Both the position numbers and the translations under genes were made by a program. DNA of 64,000 bases from a virus. Position 1 is the first letter of the stretch; the number at the start of each line of letters is the position of its first letter. Under the pieces are notes generated by a model. It saw only the letters and a program-made list of their open reading frames with translations. It was not told the DNA's origin and made no database searches. This document shows positions 28,256 to 38,900 of this stretch, piece by piece. The stretch lies in the IMG/VR virus record IMGVR_UViG_3300031673_000012, positions 1 through 64,000 of that record; one strand, 5' to 3'.

Positions 28256-29183
28256 GTTTCATCTTTATTAAATCATTATAATTTAACCACCGAGATCTAT
28301 TCACATATCGTAATGTTCTTTTTTGTCCTATATCATTTACATCCTTACCTTCTGGTAATTCAATAAGTTTCAAATTTTTATGATAAGTTAATTCTAATGA
28401 TACTTTAATGGCATCCTCCATAGCATCTGGATCAAGTAATATAATAACATTCTCAACATCTGATTTGATCAACATAGAAATCTGATAATGTGATATCTTC
28501 TTACCACCTGTTGCTACTCCCTGATCTCCCATTGTCTGAGCATTAATGACCCCTTCTACTAAATATATAGTTTGGTATAAAGCAAGAGCATCTATATTAT
28601 ACATAATAAGAGATTTACCTAATCCAAAATCCTCTATCTTAGGATTCATATACTTAGGACCCATACCTACAAATCTTCTACCATTAAAATATATTAATTT
28701 ACCACCTGCATAAAATGGTATTATTATATAACCAAAATAATCCCCTCTAGTCCCATAACCCCAACCTTTATATGCCATCTCTTCTGGATCAAATCCCCTT
28801 CCACTTACATAATTTCTTGCAGTCTTTGCTAACCTACTATCTCCTAATACCAAACTCTTAAATCCATCTGGTAATACAGTATCTATTCTTTCAATCCTTT
28901 CAATTATAGGTTCTAAGTATTCCCTTCCTTCATACGCTTCAAGATAATTCCAAGTCTCTTGAAAATTTGAAAATCCTTCCATATCCATTACTAATCTAAC
29001 AGGTGAAGGATGAAATCCGCATACAAAACAATTAGTTCTATTCCGTGAAAGGTTCATTCCAAATTTATCTATTCTTCCACAGTCAGGACAATTACCCTTT
29101 AACCATCCTCTACGGTATTCCCTTAACCCCAATCTTTTTAGAGCATACGAATAAAGCTTAGTTCTTATAATTTTATTCAGCAT
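28245..29183 (-). CDS. dnaG: DNA primase (Zn finger + TOPRIM)
   Basis: CPDCG...CFVCG, LVEG, LDPDA, KDVND. Confidence 0.92.
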   Translation of the reverse strand: MLNKIIRTKLYSYALKRLGLREYRRGWLKGNCPDCGRIDKFGMNLSRNRTNCFVCGFHPSPVRLVMDMEGFSNFQETWNYLEAYEGREYLEPIIERIERIDTVLPDGFKSLVLGDSRLAKTARNYVSGRGFDPEEMAYKGWGYGTRGDYFGYIIIPFYAGGKLIYFNGRRFVGMGPKYMNPKIEDFGLGKSLIMYNIDALALYQTIYLVEGVINAQTMGDQGVATGGKKISHYQISMLIKSDVENVIILLDPDAMEDAIKVSLELTYHKNLKLIELPEGKDVNDIGQKRTLRYVNRSRWLNYNDLIKMKHAS

Positions 29184-30603
29184 CTTCTAAATCTTTATTT
29201 CTTAATTTTCTTCTTGAACCTTCATAACTATTATCTCTCGTATCTGAACCATCAGAAGGGTATGATTTATTATACTCTTCTAATTCTTTTTTCGATAACG
29301 GTCTTAATAATTGTATTACTGGATCAATCTTAAAAATTACTTTACCATGTGGTGGTCCATCTCTTTGATCTATAATAGTTAATCTTTGATACCCATTTGT
29401 TTCTTCTCTTTCAGATCTATTCAATCCATATAAAGCTTGAACATGTCTAGTGATATCAATAGCTCCAGCAACATCAGTAGATTCATAAATCTTTCCTTCC
29501 CTTTGTTTAGCAGCTTCTCTAGTAACATGTTGAGCAGTCCAAACTAAATCAATATTTTTTTCCAAAGCCAAATTCCCCATATCAATATAAGCTTCTGATA
29601 TCCTTTCATGAAGAGAATCTTTACCAGATATACAACCCATTTTAGAAACATAATCTATAACAAGAATATCAACTTGAAAACCATATTCCCGATACAAATA
29701 ATCTATATAATTCCCAATATCTGTAGCTGTAGTTACAAGTGAAGGCATTCTTTTAACTATAATCTCACCACCATGCCTTTTACTTTTACGTAATGATTCC
29801 CTTACTACCTGATCTACATCACCATCTTCATCTAATAACTCCTTTTTAGTTACACCGGCTACACATTGTTCAATCCTCATTAAAATTTCATCCTCCCCAT
29901 TATCCAAATCTATAATCAGAACATTCTTTTTATACCTTTGCATATATCTTAAAGATATATTAATAAGTACCCCTGTTTTAAATTTCTTAGCTCGATCAAG
30001 AACAACCAATATACTCCCTTTAGAATATCCTCCAGCATTTGTTAACCTATTTAATTGTTCCCATGGCATAGTAATAATAGAACCTTTTTCTTTTCTTTTA
30101 ACTTGCCTTAATCTTACATCACGAACTAAAAATGTTCCCTTTTCTTCTATCTTCTGAATACGAGGGGCAATAGCTTTTTGAACCTTTCTAGAAAATATAT
30201 CATATTGTTCATAATCCAATAAATTAATATTTTCTATCTCATGTTTTAAATCTACGTATTGTGCAAATTTTTCTGTACTAGCTAAGATTTCGTCACCATC
30301 TTTAATTATACCTTTAAATAAATCAGAAGCAATAGATAATATTTCTTTTCTATCATTATCAGTAAGATTATTAACAAATTCTCGATTATCAAATGTTTTA
30401 TGTAATTCTTCAAATAAAATAGTTTTTCCAGGAATTGTTTTTCGCCTTTTATAATAAGACTTTAAAGTAAAAGCTATTACAGCATGTTCAACTAAAGTAA
30501 AATAAGAATCATCATATAATTCTATTACCTTATAACCGTTTTTATCCTGAACTGTATATTTTAATAAATCTAATTGAAAATCAGTAGTGAATTTGAATTT
30601 CAT
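29173..30603 (-). CDS. dnaB: DnaB-like replicative helicase
   Basis: Degenerate Walker A DRAKKFKT, VIDY, WTAQH, DQRDG; adjacent to primase; ATG at 30603 (the track starts at GTG 30609). Confidence 0.88.
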   Translation of the reverse strand: MKFKFTTDFQLDLLKYTVQDKNGYKVIELYDDSYFTLVEHAVIAFTLKSYYKRRKTIPGKTILFEELHKTFDNREFVNNLTDNDRKEILSIASDLFKGIIKDGDEILASTEKFAQYVDLKHEIENINLLDYEQYDIFSRKVQKAIAPRIQKIEEKGTFLVRDVRLRQVKRKEKGSIITMPWEQLNRLTNAGGYSKGSILVVLDRAKKFKTGVLINISLRYMQRYKKNVLIIDLDNGEDEILMRIEQCVAGVTKKELLDEDGDVDQVVRESLRKSKRHGGEIIVKRMPSLVTTATDIGNYIDYLYREYGFQVDILVIDYVSKMGCISGKDSLHERISEAYIDMGNLALEKNIDLVWTAQHVTREAAKQREGKIYESTDVAGAIDITRHVQALYGLNRSEREETNGYQRLTIIDQRDGPPHGKVIFKIDPVIQLLRPLSKKELEEYNKSYPSDGSDTRDNSYEGSRRKLRNKDLEDAE

Positions 30604-30696
30604 AATCACCCAATTAACTTATGCAACATTATTATATAGTATATAGTATAATCCCAAAGAACTAGTAACCTTGTTAAAAGAATTTGCCTTAATGTA

Positions 30697-30728
30697 TTTG
30701 CATATTAAATAAATATATATTATATTTG
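30697..30728 (+). promoter_or_regulatory. canonical Bacteroidota primary-sigma promoter TTTG-N20-TATATTTG
   Basis: TTTG at 30697-30700 and TATATTTG at 30721-30728, ending 23 nt before ATG 30752. Confidence 0.8.
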
Positions 30729-30751
30729 AATTACAATACTAATTATAAAAA

Positions 30752-31402
30752 ATGGAAATACATAGATTAGTACCCATGAAAGAAGGTTATGATCAAAACC
30801 TTTTCAACAAATTATACAAAGAAACTGAGGGCTTAAGGAATTTATTAACTTATCAAATCGATGCTAGAAGATATGGAGTAACTCCAGATATTATACACTC
30901 TTGGTTTGATGATAAATTTATCTGGGTATTTAATAAATATTATGGGGAATTATCAGAAGGCCAATTAAAAGGTAGATTAATTAATTCCCTTAAAACATTT
31001 AAATTTAGGATATTAAGAAAAGCATATTCTAAATATAATATCCATATTAACGAAGTCAGATTAGAAGGAGAAATGAATCTAATAAATATTATCCAAATAG
31101 AAGAAGAAATATCAAATCATGATTTGTTTTTAGAAATGGCATTAAAATACCTTAAGAAAAATTTATGTGATGATGCTTATTTAATTTTAGAATTGGAATT
31201 AAATCCCCCACCATATATACTTAAAAGAATTAGTTCATCCAAAACGAAAATACCCAGCAAATTACTTGCTGAGTATTTAGATTTAGAACCTATTAAAAAT
31301 AGTTCTTTATATATAAATGAACTTAGATCTGAAATAGGTTCATGTATTGAATGCGCTAAAAATTATTTTTCTAAACAGTCGTTTGCCATGCAAGTACAGT
31401 AA
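30752..31402 (+). CDS. phage-encoded ECF/sigma70-like RNA polymerase sigma factor
   Basis: DQNLFNKLYKE...DIIHSWFDDKFIWVFNKY...RILRK resembles sigma region 2; C-terminal KLLAEYLDL is HTH-like; only credible plus-strand gene. Confidence 0.7.
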   Translation: MEIHRLVPMKEGYDQNLFNKLYKETEGLRNLLTYQIDARRYGVTPDIIHSWFDDKFIWVFNKYYGELSEGQLKGRLINSLKTFKFRILRKAYSKYNIHINEVRLEGEMNLINIIQIEEEISNHDLFLEMALKYLKKNLCDDAYLILELELNPPPYILKRISSSKTKIPSKLLAEYLDLEPIKNSSLYINELRSEIGSCIECAKNYFSKQSFAMQVQ

Positions 31403-32651
31403 CACTTATTGTAACTAAATGTGTAGCCGGTGTTCCCGCAACTACAAACCAATAAAGGGTCTTATTAGTTTTAAGTCCTATTATACTACTTTCAAAAGCA
31501 TTTGTACCTTCATTTACCCCAGATGCAGCTAATTCTATATTAACTGATCCCCCAACTGTAACATCCTTTTTAAATCCTAATATTACTTTATCAGTTGCGA
31601 TTGTATATTGAGAAGCTAAAACTATTCTAAGCCAAGCTATCTCACAATCACTGGGTACTATAGCAGAAAGATCAAGATAACCAGTACTACTTGCAAAACT
31701 ACCAAAATCAGACATATCAAAATCTGATATTATAGGTGTATCTCTCCAATATAATCTTTTACCTAAAGGAGTTGCCCAATCCCCCTCACCATTTAAAAAC
31801 TCTGAAGCTATATTAGAAAGTTTTGGTAATAACCCATGTCTTGTATCAGTAGCATCAAGATCGGTATTATCATCAGGAACTCCCCAATCATCAAGTTTAG
31901 TTGCTTGAAGAATGATTATATCATCTTCATTATCTTTTGCGATTTGATCCAGAGCATCTAATGAATCAGAAATAGATTGAAGATTAGTTATAAAATTTTG
32001 TTCAGAAAATTGACGATCCCCAATAGCTCCATCTGCAGGAATTGTTCCTACTGCACCATCTACAGTTTCATCCAAAAATTTAACAGCAGTACCACTACCC
32101 CAAAGTTTAGCAGCTATATTCTGATCACCATAGTTTTGGGATACATTAGCCTTATAATAAATTAAATCAGCAAAGTCATTAGCCCCCGGAACTTCTTCAA
32201 TATATCCTATTGGAACTTGTTTTGTAGGATAATCAAGGGTAGGTATTCCTCCACCATCACTTCCAGCTTTAACCCCATAAGTAGCATTATTAGCCCCAGG
32301 TACTGAAGGATAATAAGCATGTTCAAAATAAAGTATATGCCATTTAATACCAGTAGGAGCAGATACAACAATTGTAAAATCTATATCACCATCTTCAGTA
32401 ATAATCTGACCTTGAGTACTAATAAGAATCCCGCGGTTAGCTTCAATAACAGGAGTAGGATAAGTTTTATCATATTTAGCTATACCCCCACCAGATACCC
32501 TACAATAAACATTATTACCTGATTGAGCTTGATATTCAGTCATCGCATTAAATCCATAATACCTACCAGGGTTTAATATCCCTATCAAGGCATCTCTTAG
32601 CTCGAAAGAGAGAATATCTGCTTGATAAGTTGTGTATTGACGTTGACTCAT
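31371..32651 (-). CDS. baseplate-attached tail fibre protein
   Basis: Last gene of the baseplate operon; fibre-type HGLLPKLS...FLNGEGDWATP motif. Confidence 0.7.
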   Translation of the reverse strand: MSQRQYTTYQADILSFELRDALIGILNPGRYYGFNAMTEYQAQSGNNVYCRVSGGGIAKYDKTYPTPVIEANRGILISTQGQIITEDGDIDFTIVVSAPTGIKWHILYFEHAYYPSVPGANNATYGVKAGSDGGGIPTLDYPTKQVPIGYIEEVPGANDFADLIYYKANVSQNYGDQNIAAKLWGSGTAVKFLDETVDGAVGTIPADGAIGDRQFSEQNFITNLQSISDSLDALDQIAKDNEDDIIILQATKLDDWGVPDDNTDLDATDTRHGLLPKLSNIASEFLNGEGDWATPLGKRLYWRDTPIISDFDMSDFGSFASSTGYLDLSAIVPSDCEIAWLRIVLASQYTIATDKVILGFKKDVTVGGSVNIELAASGVNEGTNAFESSIIGLKTNKTLYWFVVAGTPATHLVTISVTVLAWQTTV

Positions 32652-32785
32652 GACTTTAAATTATTATCTAGTTTATAAATTTTATTAATTATATAGAATA
32701 TAGTTAAATAAGTAATTAGGTTGCTAGAAAGTATATAAAATTAATTAAGAAGTATACCTTTTAACTAATCTAGTAGATAGTTTAA

Positions 32786-33451
32786 TTAAGTTGTGTAAGT
32801 TAATGACTCTAACTGAGCCCATATAGGATTAATGAAATTTTGAATAGTTGGTTTTAAATAATTATCAAGCCAAGCTTGAGGAGGGTTCTTAGACCCTGTT
32901 CCCGGTAAATCAGTTATGACTAAATCATAACCAGAATAAAATGTAAAACCTATGTCATAAAGAGGACCATCATCATAAAGCAAAGGATCAGGATATTCAT
33001 CATAACTTGTTAATGTTACCTCATTTTCTGTAAAGGTATCTATCATATATCCATATATTGCTAAAAAATATTCTAATGATTTCTTAGTACCTTTAGTTCT
33101 TAATATATGAGTTATATATCTTATTAAAATAATATACTCATCTTCACCACCACTATAAGATTGACCTATTCCTACATCTGGAGGGTTACCAAATAATGCT
33201 GAAATATAAATAAGAAGTTCTGTAGGGTTATCCCGAGTTAAACCAGATAAAGCTTCGGCATTTGTAATATCCAAAACCTCATCTATAGAAGGGCTAAATT
33301 TATTATCTATTTCAAGACAAAAAATTTCCAAATACCTTTCCAATAAACCTTCCCCATTCACATCTTTATAAGAATCATTTTCTTTAAAATAATTTGGAAA
33401 TTTCCCAAATAAGAAATTGGGTTTAGTAACTGTCTTTGCTAATGTGATCAT
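32786..33451 (-). CDS. baseplate wedge / P2 gpI-like tail protein
   Basis: LLERYLEIF...KGTKKSLEYFL; follows baseplate J. Confidence 0.8.
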   Translation of the reverse strand: MITLAKTVTKPNFLFGKFPNYFKENDSYKDVNGEGLLERYLEIFCLEIDNKFSPSIDEVLDITNAEALSGLTRDNPTELLIYISALFGNPPDVGIGQSYSGGEDEYIILIRYITHILRTKGTKKSLEYFLAIYGYMIDTFTENEVTLTSYDEYPDPLLYDDGPLYDIGFTFYSGYDLVITDLPGTGSKNPPQAWLDNYLKPTIQNFINPIWAQLESLTYTT

Positions 33452-35181
33452 ACCCCTATTTGTTCATTAACAACTAATGTTAATTCATCAACATCATATA
33501 CTGGAATAGTATAATCTTCAAATTCCATATCTTGATTATAAGGATAAGTTATAAATCTCCATTCATCTGCTACACTAAACGATCCCCACATTCCGATCTT
33601 TAAACTTCCGTCATTAGAAGTATAATCTGTATCTCCAGGATCAGTAACATGAATAGTAATTTGACCATCAAATGATTCTACCCCAGATGGACCAGTTCTA
33701 TATACCCTTGCAATAGTACTACTAATAACAACTAATCTCCAACTTGCAATTTGAACAGAACTAGATGTAATTTCTACATACCAATTATCTTCTAAAGGAT
33801 TAGAACCATTAAATATTCGAGGATATGGTTTACTAGAAACTAGATCTAATTTAAGATAATCTATTTTATCTAGGTTATCTATTAAAGCAATTATATCTGA
33901 CCTTCTTACCGATCTATTAATATCTGAATTATTAAACCCAAATTCATTTTGAAGAGCTGCTTTTATATCAGATTCTGCTTGGCTTGTATTTCTTCTAAAC
34001 TTAACAGTTGCAGTTATACCTAATCTTAATTTTGTTTCCCCAGCAGCATAAGCCTCAACTGAAGTAGAAATCATTTTTTTATCAGCAAAATAATCTTTTA
34101 CATCTAACAGCAATTGTGACGGAGCAGTTCCCCCTTCATTTGGAGCAACATAAAAAATAATTTTCTTTAGATTAGCCTTAAATTCTACAGCTGCTTTTCC
34201 TACACCAGGAACTAATAAACACATATCCTTATGATCCTGAAGAGTAACTGCCCTGTTTAAAGTTCGTAAACTTAAAGCAGCATGTTTCCTGATATCTTCT
34301 AAACCCTCTTCATCTAAACCTCCAACAGCGGGTAATTCATTGGTTATATCGTAATGATCAATAGTTGGAGTTTGAACTGGTGGTGTTGGAGCCGAATCCC
34401 ATATTATTAATGTATTGGCTTCTACATTACCAGCTACTCCCTCACATATATAAAAGGTCCCATAAACTGTTTGTCCACTTGGAGGTATAGCGCCATGAAC
34501 ATTATCCCCGAATACTACCCAGGCCTGTTTATTCTGATCTACTTCTACAATAAAATGGGTATCTTGTGGACCAGAAAAAGTAAAAGTATCCCTTAACTCC
34601 CAGGTTATAGAATTGATTTCAATCTGCAATGTCCCATCTTGATAATCATCAGGTAGTTCAAAAGATTGATCTGGAGATGAACTAGTCATGCCTAAATTTT
34701 CATCTATAACTTCTACCCGTTGTCTAGCTCCTACTACTGCATAAGATGCCCCCAAAAAAATAGTAATACTAGATTGTGTAATGAATTCTACCCCAGCTGC
34801 ATTCTTAACTATATACCCTTCACTAATAGTTTCATTAGCCTGTAATGGAACTGGATCCCCACTTGTATCTACTGCAGTTATTTTAAGATCAACTACTGAT
34901 CCAATTTTAGCTTTAATTCGATAATCAATTAACCTTGTTAACTTAACCAGAGAACTATATTTTCTAGCAGTAGTAACAAAAGATTCTCTAGCTACACTAT
35001 CTACATAATAATTTAATTGTTCTACCAAACCAGCAAAGGCATTGATAATTATTACAAAGATATTACTCTCACTATGATCGGTTATCTCTGGAACTTCAGT
35101 CTGCATCCTGGTCAGAATAGAAGCCTTAATACTTTTATAACTACGATGTAAGTATGTTACCCATGTATTTTCTAAAGCCAT
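33448..35181 (-). CDS. baseplate J / gp6-like wedge protein
   Basis: TDHSES, ARESFVTTA, FGDNVHGAIP, GGLDEE, RAVTLQD. Confidence 0.92.
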   Translation of the reverse strand: MALENTWVTYLHRSYKSIKASILTRMQTEVPEITDHSESNIFVIIINAFAGLVEQLNYYVDSVARESFVTTARKYSSLVKLTRLIDYRIKAKIGSVVDLKITAVDTSGDPVPLQANETISEGYIVKNAAGVEFITQSSITIFLGASYAVVGARQRVEVIDENLGMTSSSPDQSFELPDDYQDGTLQIEINSITWELRDTFTFSGPQDTHFIVEVDQNKQAWVVFGDNVHGAIPPSGQTVYGTFYICEGVAGNVEANTLIIWDSAPTPPVQTPTIDHYDITNELPAVGGLDEEGLEDIRKHAALSLRTLNRAVTLQDHKDMCLLVPGVGKAAVEFKANLKKIIFYVAPNEGGTAPSQLLLDVKDYFADKKMISTSVEAYAAGETKLRLGITATVKFRRNTSQAESDIKAALQNEFGFNNSDINRSVRRSDIIALIDNLDKIDYLKLDLVSSKPYPRIFNGSNPLEDNWYVEITSSSVQIASWRLVVISSTIARVYRTGPSGVESFDGQITIHVTDPGDTDYTSNDGSLKIGMWGSFSVADEWRFITYPYNQDMEFEDYTIPVYDVDELTLVVNEQIGV

Positions 35182-35193
35182 GATATGGGATTA

Positions 35194-35568
35194 TTAATTA
35201 GTATAGAATGTATAGTTAAGGGTATCCTCAATATTAATATCCTTAATAAGATATAGGAGATCAACAATTAGTCTTTCATTATTTGGTCTTTCAAAAACCA
35301 TTTTCTTTAGCTCAACTCGTTTCTCCCATTTAGTAATTGAATCTATAATAAACTTCTTAATCAAAGTAATTAAAACTTCATCATTCTGATCTTCTAATGC
35401 CTCATGGATACGTGATCCAAAATCATCTTGATATTCACGAGTATATAGTGGCCATGAAAGAATTATTCTTATAGAAGATTTTATAAGATCATCTCCTTCA
35501 GATATCACATGTTTACCAGATGATAATAAGAGAGGGAAAATTAACCCCTGAGTTCTTATTTGAGCCAT
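35194..35568 (-). CDS. gp25/GPW-like baseplate protein
   Basis: GLIFP...IKSSIRIIL...DFGS...ITKWEKRV. Confidence 0.92.
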   Translation of the reverse strand: MAQIRTQGLIFPLLLSSGKHVISEGDDLIKSSIRIILSWPLYTREYQDDFGSRIHEALEDQNDEVLITLIKKFIIDSITKWEKRVELKKMVFERPNNERLIVDLLYLIKDINIEDTLNYTFYTN

Positions 35569-35897
35569 TATTCTTTTTCAATAAAAATTTCAAGAAATTT
35601 TTGAAGATCAGCATGTCGTATCATCCATCTTGATAAATTAACTATGCGCTTTAAATTTTTCCAATCGGCATCTTCAAAATGAATTATTTTATCTTTAGAT
35701 TTTCGATCCTTATCAATCGCAGTTTGTATTCTATTTCTATCCCTTATTTCTGAAGGACTAAATCCTCCTTGTGGAACTATATCTAAGGATACTTCTAAAA
35801 GGTCAACATAATCCATAATAGAATCTTCAGCTTCTTTAATCCCAAATTTAACTTGAGAAACTTTAATATTAGTCTTTTCGATTTTTAATTCTTGCAT
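35568..35897 (-). CDS. hypothetical protein (possible fibre chaperone)
   Basis: 109 aa ORF directly downstream of the long fibre. Confidence 0.65.
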   Translation of the reverse strand: MQELKIEKTNIKVSQVKFGIKEAEDSIMDYVDLLEVSLDIVPQGGFSPSEIRDRNRIQTAIDKDRKSKDKIIHFEDADWKNLKRIVNLSRWMIRHADLQKFLEIFIEKE

Positions 35898-35963
35898 AAT
35901 TATCTCTATTATATATAACTAGTGTTGTTAAATAATAGTACTAGGGAATACTAGTCATTAAAA

Positions 35964-38900
35964 CTATGGTGTTCCATAACTTAATTTCCCAGTACTAGGA
36001 TTATAATAAACTATATATGTTTCAGTAGTTTTAGCAGGTAGATATCCAGCACTACCATTACCAAAATATATATTACCTCTTATCCCAGAACCATTAGGAG
36101 ACCCACCATATAAATAAAGATTACCACCATCATTATTACCTATACCATAACCTGTACCTCCCCTAACAGTAAGATTATATCCTATAGGATGCCCACTATA
36201 TCCCATAGACCCATAAACTTGTCCATTTATTGCAGCCCATGATATCCAACCATCACTAAGTAAATTTACAGGATTTAAAATACCTGCTATGATAACTGAA
36301 GCATTAGCATTACCTAAATAAATTCCTTGATTCCCTGATATTGTACCCAATACAATAGACCCATCAGCCCCTGACATAATAGTCATATCTGGACTTGCTA
36401 CAGGTGTATATATGTTATTAGTATATAACCTTGACGCATAAAAATATCCATTATAATTTAATCTTGTTGTAGCTGTTGTATCTGTTGTACCTGTATAAAA
36501 TTCTCCACCTGATTGTTTTGACCCATAAGCCTGATACCTATCAGTAACCCAATCGAGTAAAGTAGAATCAACTGGAGTAGTACCTCCTCCACCTGCAGGT
36601 ACAGCCCAATTACCATCAGCTCGAAGAAAATAAGTAACACCTAAATTACTTGACCCGGGAACTAACCCTTTCAGATTACTGGTAGTTGAAAATAGATTAA
36701 GTAATGAAGTAGCTTGAGTAGCATTTAAAGCTTCTACATCACCAAAACCTACAGTAATACGGCCTAGAAATGAAGCTGTGGCTACCTGAGCCATTTTAAC
36801 AAGGGTTACTTTATTTGTTCCTATTGCAACAACTCCAGAACCATTAATTGTTATATCACCTGAAACTGTAGTGAAACCATAAGTTGTAGCAGCCGTAGCT
36901 AATAAAATTTGTCCTGCTGTTTTACCCGAAATAGTATGAAATGAGCTATCCAATACATGAGGTAATGCAGTTTGAGCATCTCCTAATAATCCTCCCAAAC
37001 CCACTACTGATATTTCATCTGAACCACCATCTTGGTGAGAAGTAGCATGTGCATCCGGGGTTCCTGCTGTAGGTATATCATACCATCCTTTTATTCCAGA
37101 ACTATTAGTACCATATAATTTACTATTACCTGGAGCATCAGCATCATTTACAAAATTAACATAATTACTGGATTCTACTAAAGAATATCTAAAAGTATAA
37201 ACAGTTCCACCTCCAACACCTAAATCAATAGTAGATCCATTTATCCTTGCATACGCACTTGTAGTAGTAGTCCATATATCACCATTAACTGGAGATGCCG
37301 GAGCAGCTCCATGTGGTAATCTTAATCCAGCATAAGACGTAGTAGATGCTGGTGTTATTACTCTATGACCAAAAGTTATACCATCTCCTACAGTAAATTC
37401 ATTAATTAGATTCGTTTTAAAAATATAATCTGTTCCTACCCACTCTGAATAAAGTTCCATATTACCCTCTAAAAGATACCTATCATTAATACCTAATCTA
37501 AATTGATAATTTACATTAGCAGAATATAAAGTTACATAATTTCCTATTAAAAGATTAAAAGAACCCGTAGTAAAATTATGCCCTGCAGTATAACCTATAA
37601 ATAAATTATATGATCCTGTTGATTGTCCATCTATTCCAAAACCTGCTTGAGCTCCTAAAAATGTATTAATTTCTCCAGTAGCATAATATCCACTACAATA
37701 ACCAATTGCTGTTAAACTAACAGATGTAGTTATTTTATGTCCTGCTTGATAACCTACTGCTACATTAGAATGACCTGTAGATATATTATATAAGGATTGA
37801 AATCCTATTCCTACATTACTAAGTGCATTATTAGATAAATTTGTACCTTTACCTGCCCCACCCCCTATATATACATTATAATAACCACTTGAATTATACC
37901 GTCCTGCCTCTGATCCTATTGCTACATTACCTGCTCCAGTAATTGTATATGAATCAGAACCAGCCATAGAAAATGCACCCACTACTGTATTACTTGTTCC
38001 CGTAGAATGATACCAACCTGCAGAATACCCTATTAAAACATTAAGATCACCCGTAATAGAAGCTGATACTATTCCTGTTCCTGCACCATATCCTACAAAT
38101 ACATTATATTCACCAATTGAATAATAACCAGCATCAACACCTATAGCTACAGAATATTCCCCATCAATTAAACTTCTTAAAGAATTATTCCCTATGGCTA
38201 TATTACCCTCTCCACTATTCAAACTTACTAAACTATTGACTCCTATACCTAAATTATTATTACCTGTAGTTATAGCATATAAAGCACTAGTACCTATTCC
38301 TATATTAGCTGCTCCCGTACTTGTTGTCTCAACACCAAACCCAGCTGCATAACCTATAAACACATTATTAGCTCCTACAATATGATGTCCAGCTGCATAA
38401 CCTATATAAACTATAGTTCCATAATTAGCATCCATACCTGCAGCATACCCTATTATTACACTATCTGATACATTATTAGAGCTTCTAAGGGTATTATACC
38501 CTATCACTACATTACGACTCCCCTCAGAAATATTAATAAATGATTCTGCCCCTATTATTATATTTGATGATCCACTTGTTATATTATTTCCAGCTAAATA
38601 CCCAATTAAAATATTATCCAATCCTGTTATAGAATCATTACCTGCAGATTCAGCTATTCTTATTACCCTATTAATAGAACTATAAAATATTATTTTAGTT
38701 GAATCTTCTCTTATATCAAGAGCATCAGGGAAACTAATATAATTATCCTTATGAAATATACCTTCTATTTCAACTCCATAATCAAGAGTATATTCTTCAA
38801 TAATATCAACCAATATTTTACCACTAGTAGCTATATTATCACCTAAAGTAAATGGACTTAAAACTATACCATTTTTTTGCCAATACTGAGTAGTAGTAAA

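Noticed and set aside
37560-38640. Periodic cctat/cctgc DNA repeats
   Set aside because: Explained by the protein-level IG..AG beta-roll repeats of the fibre.
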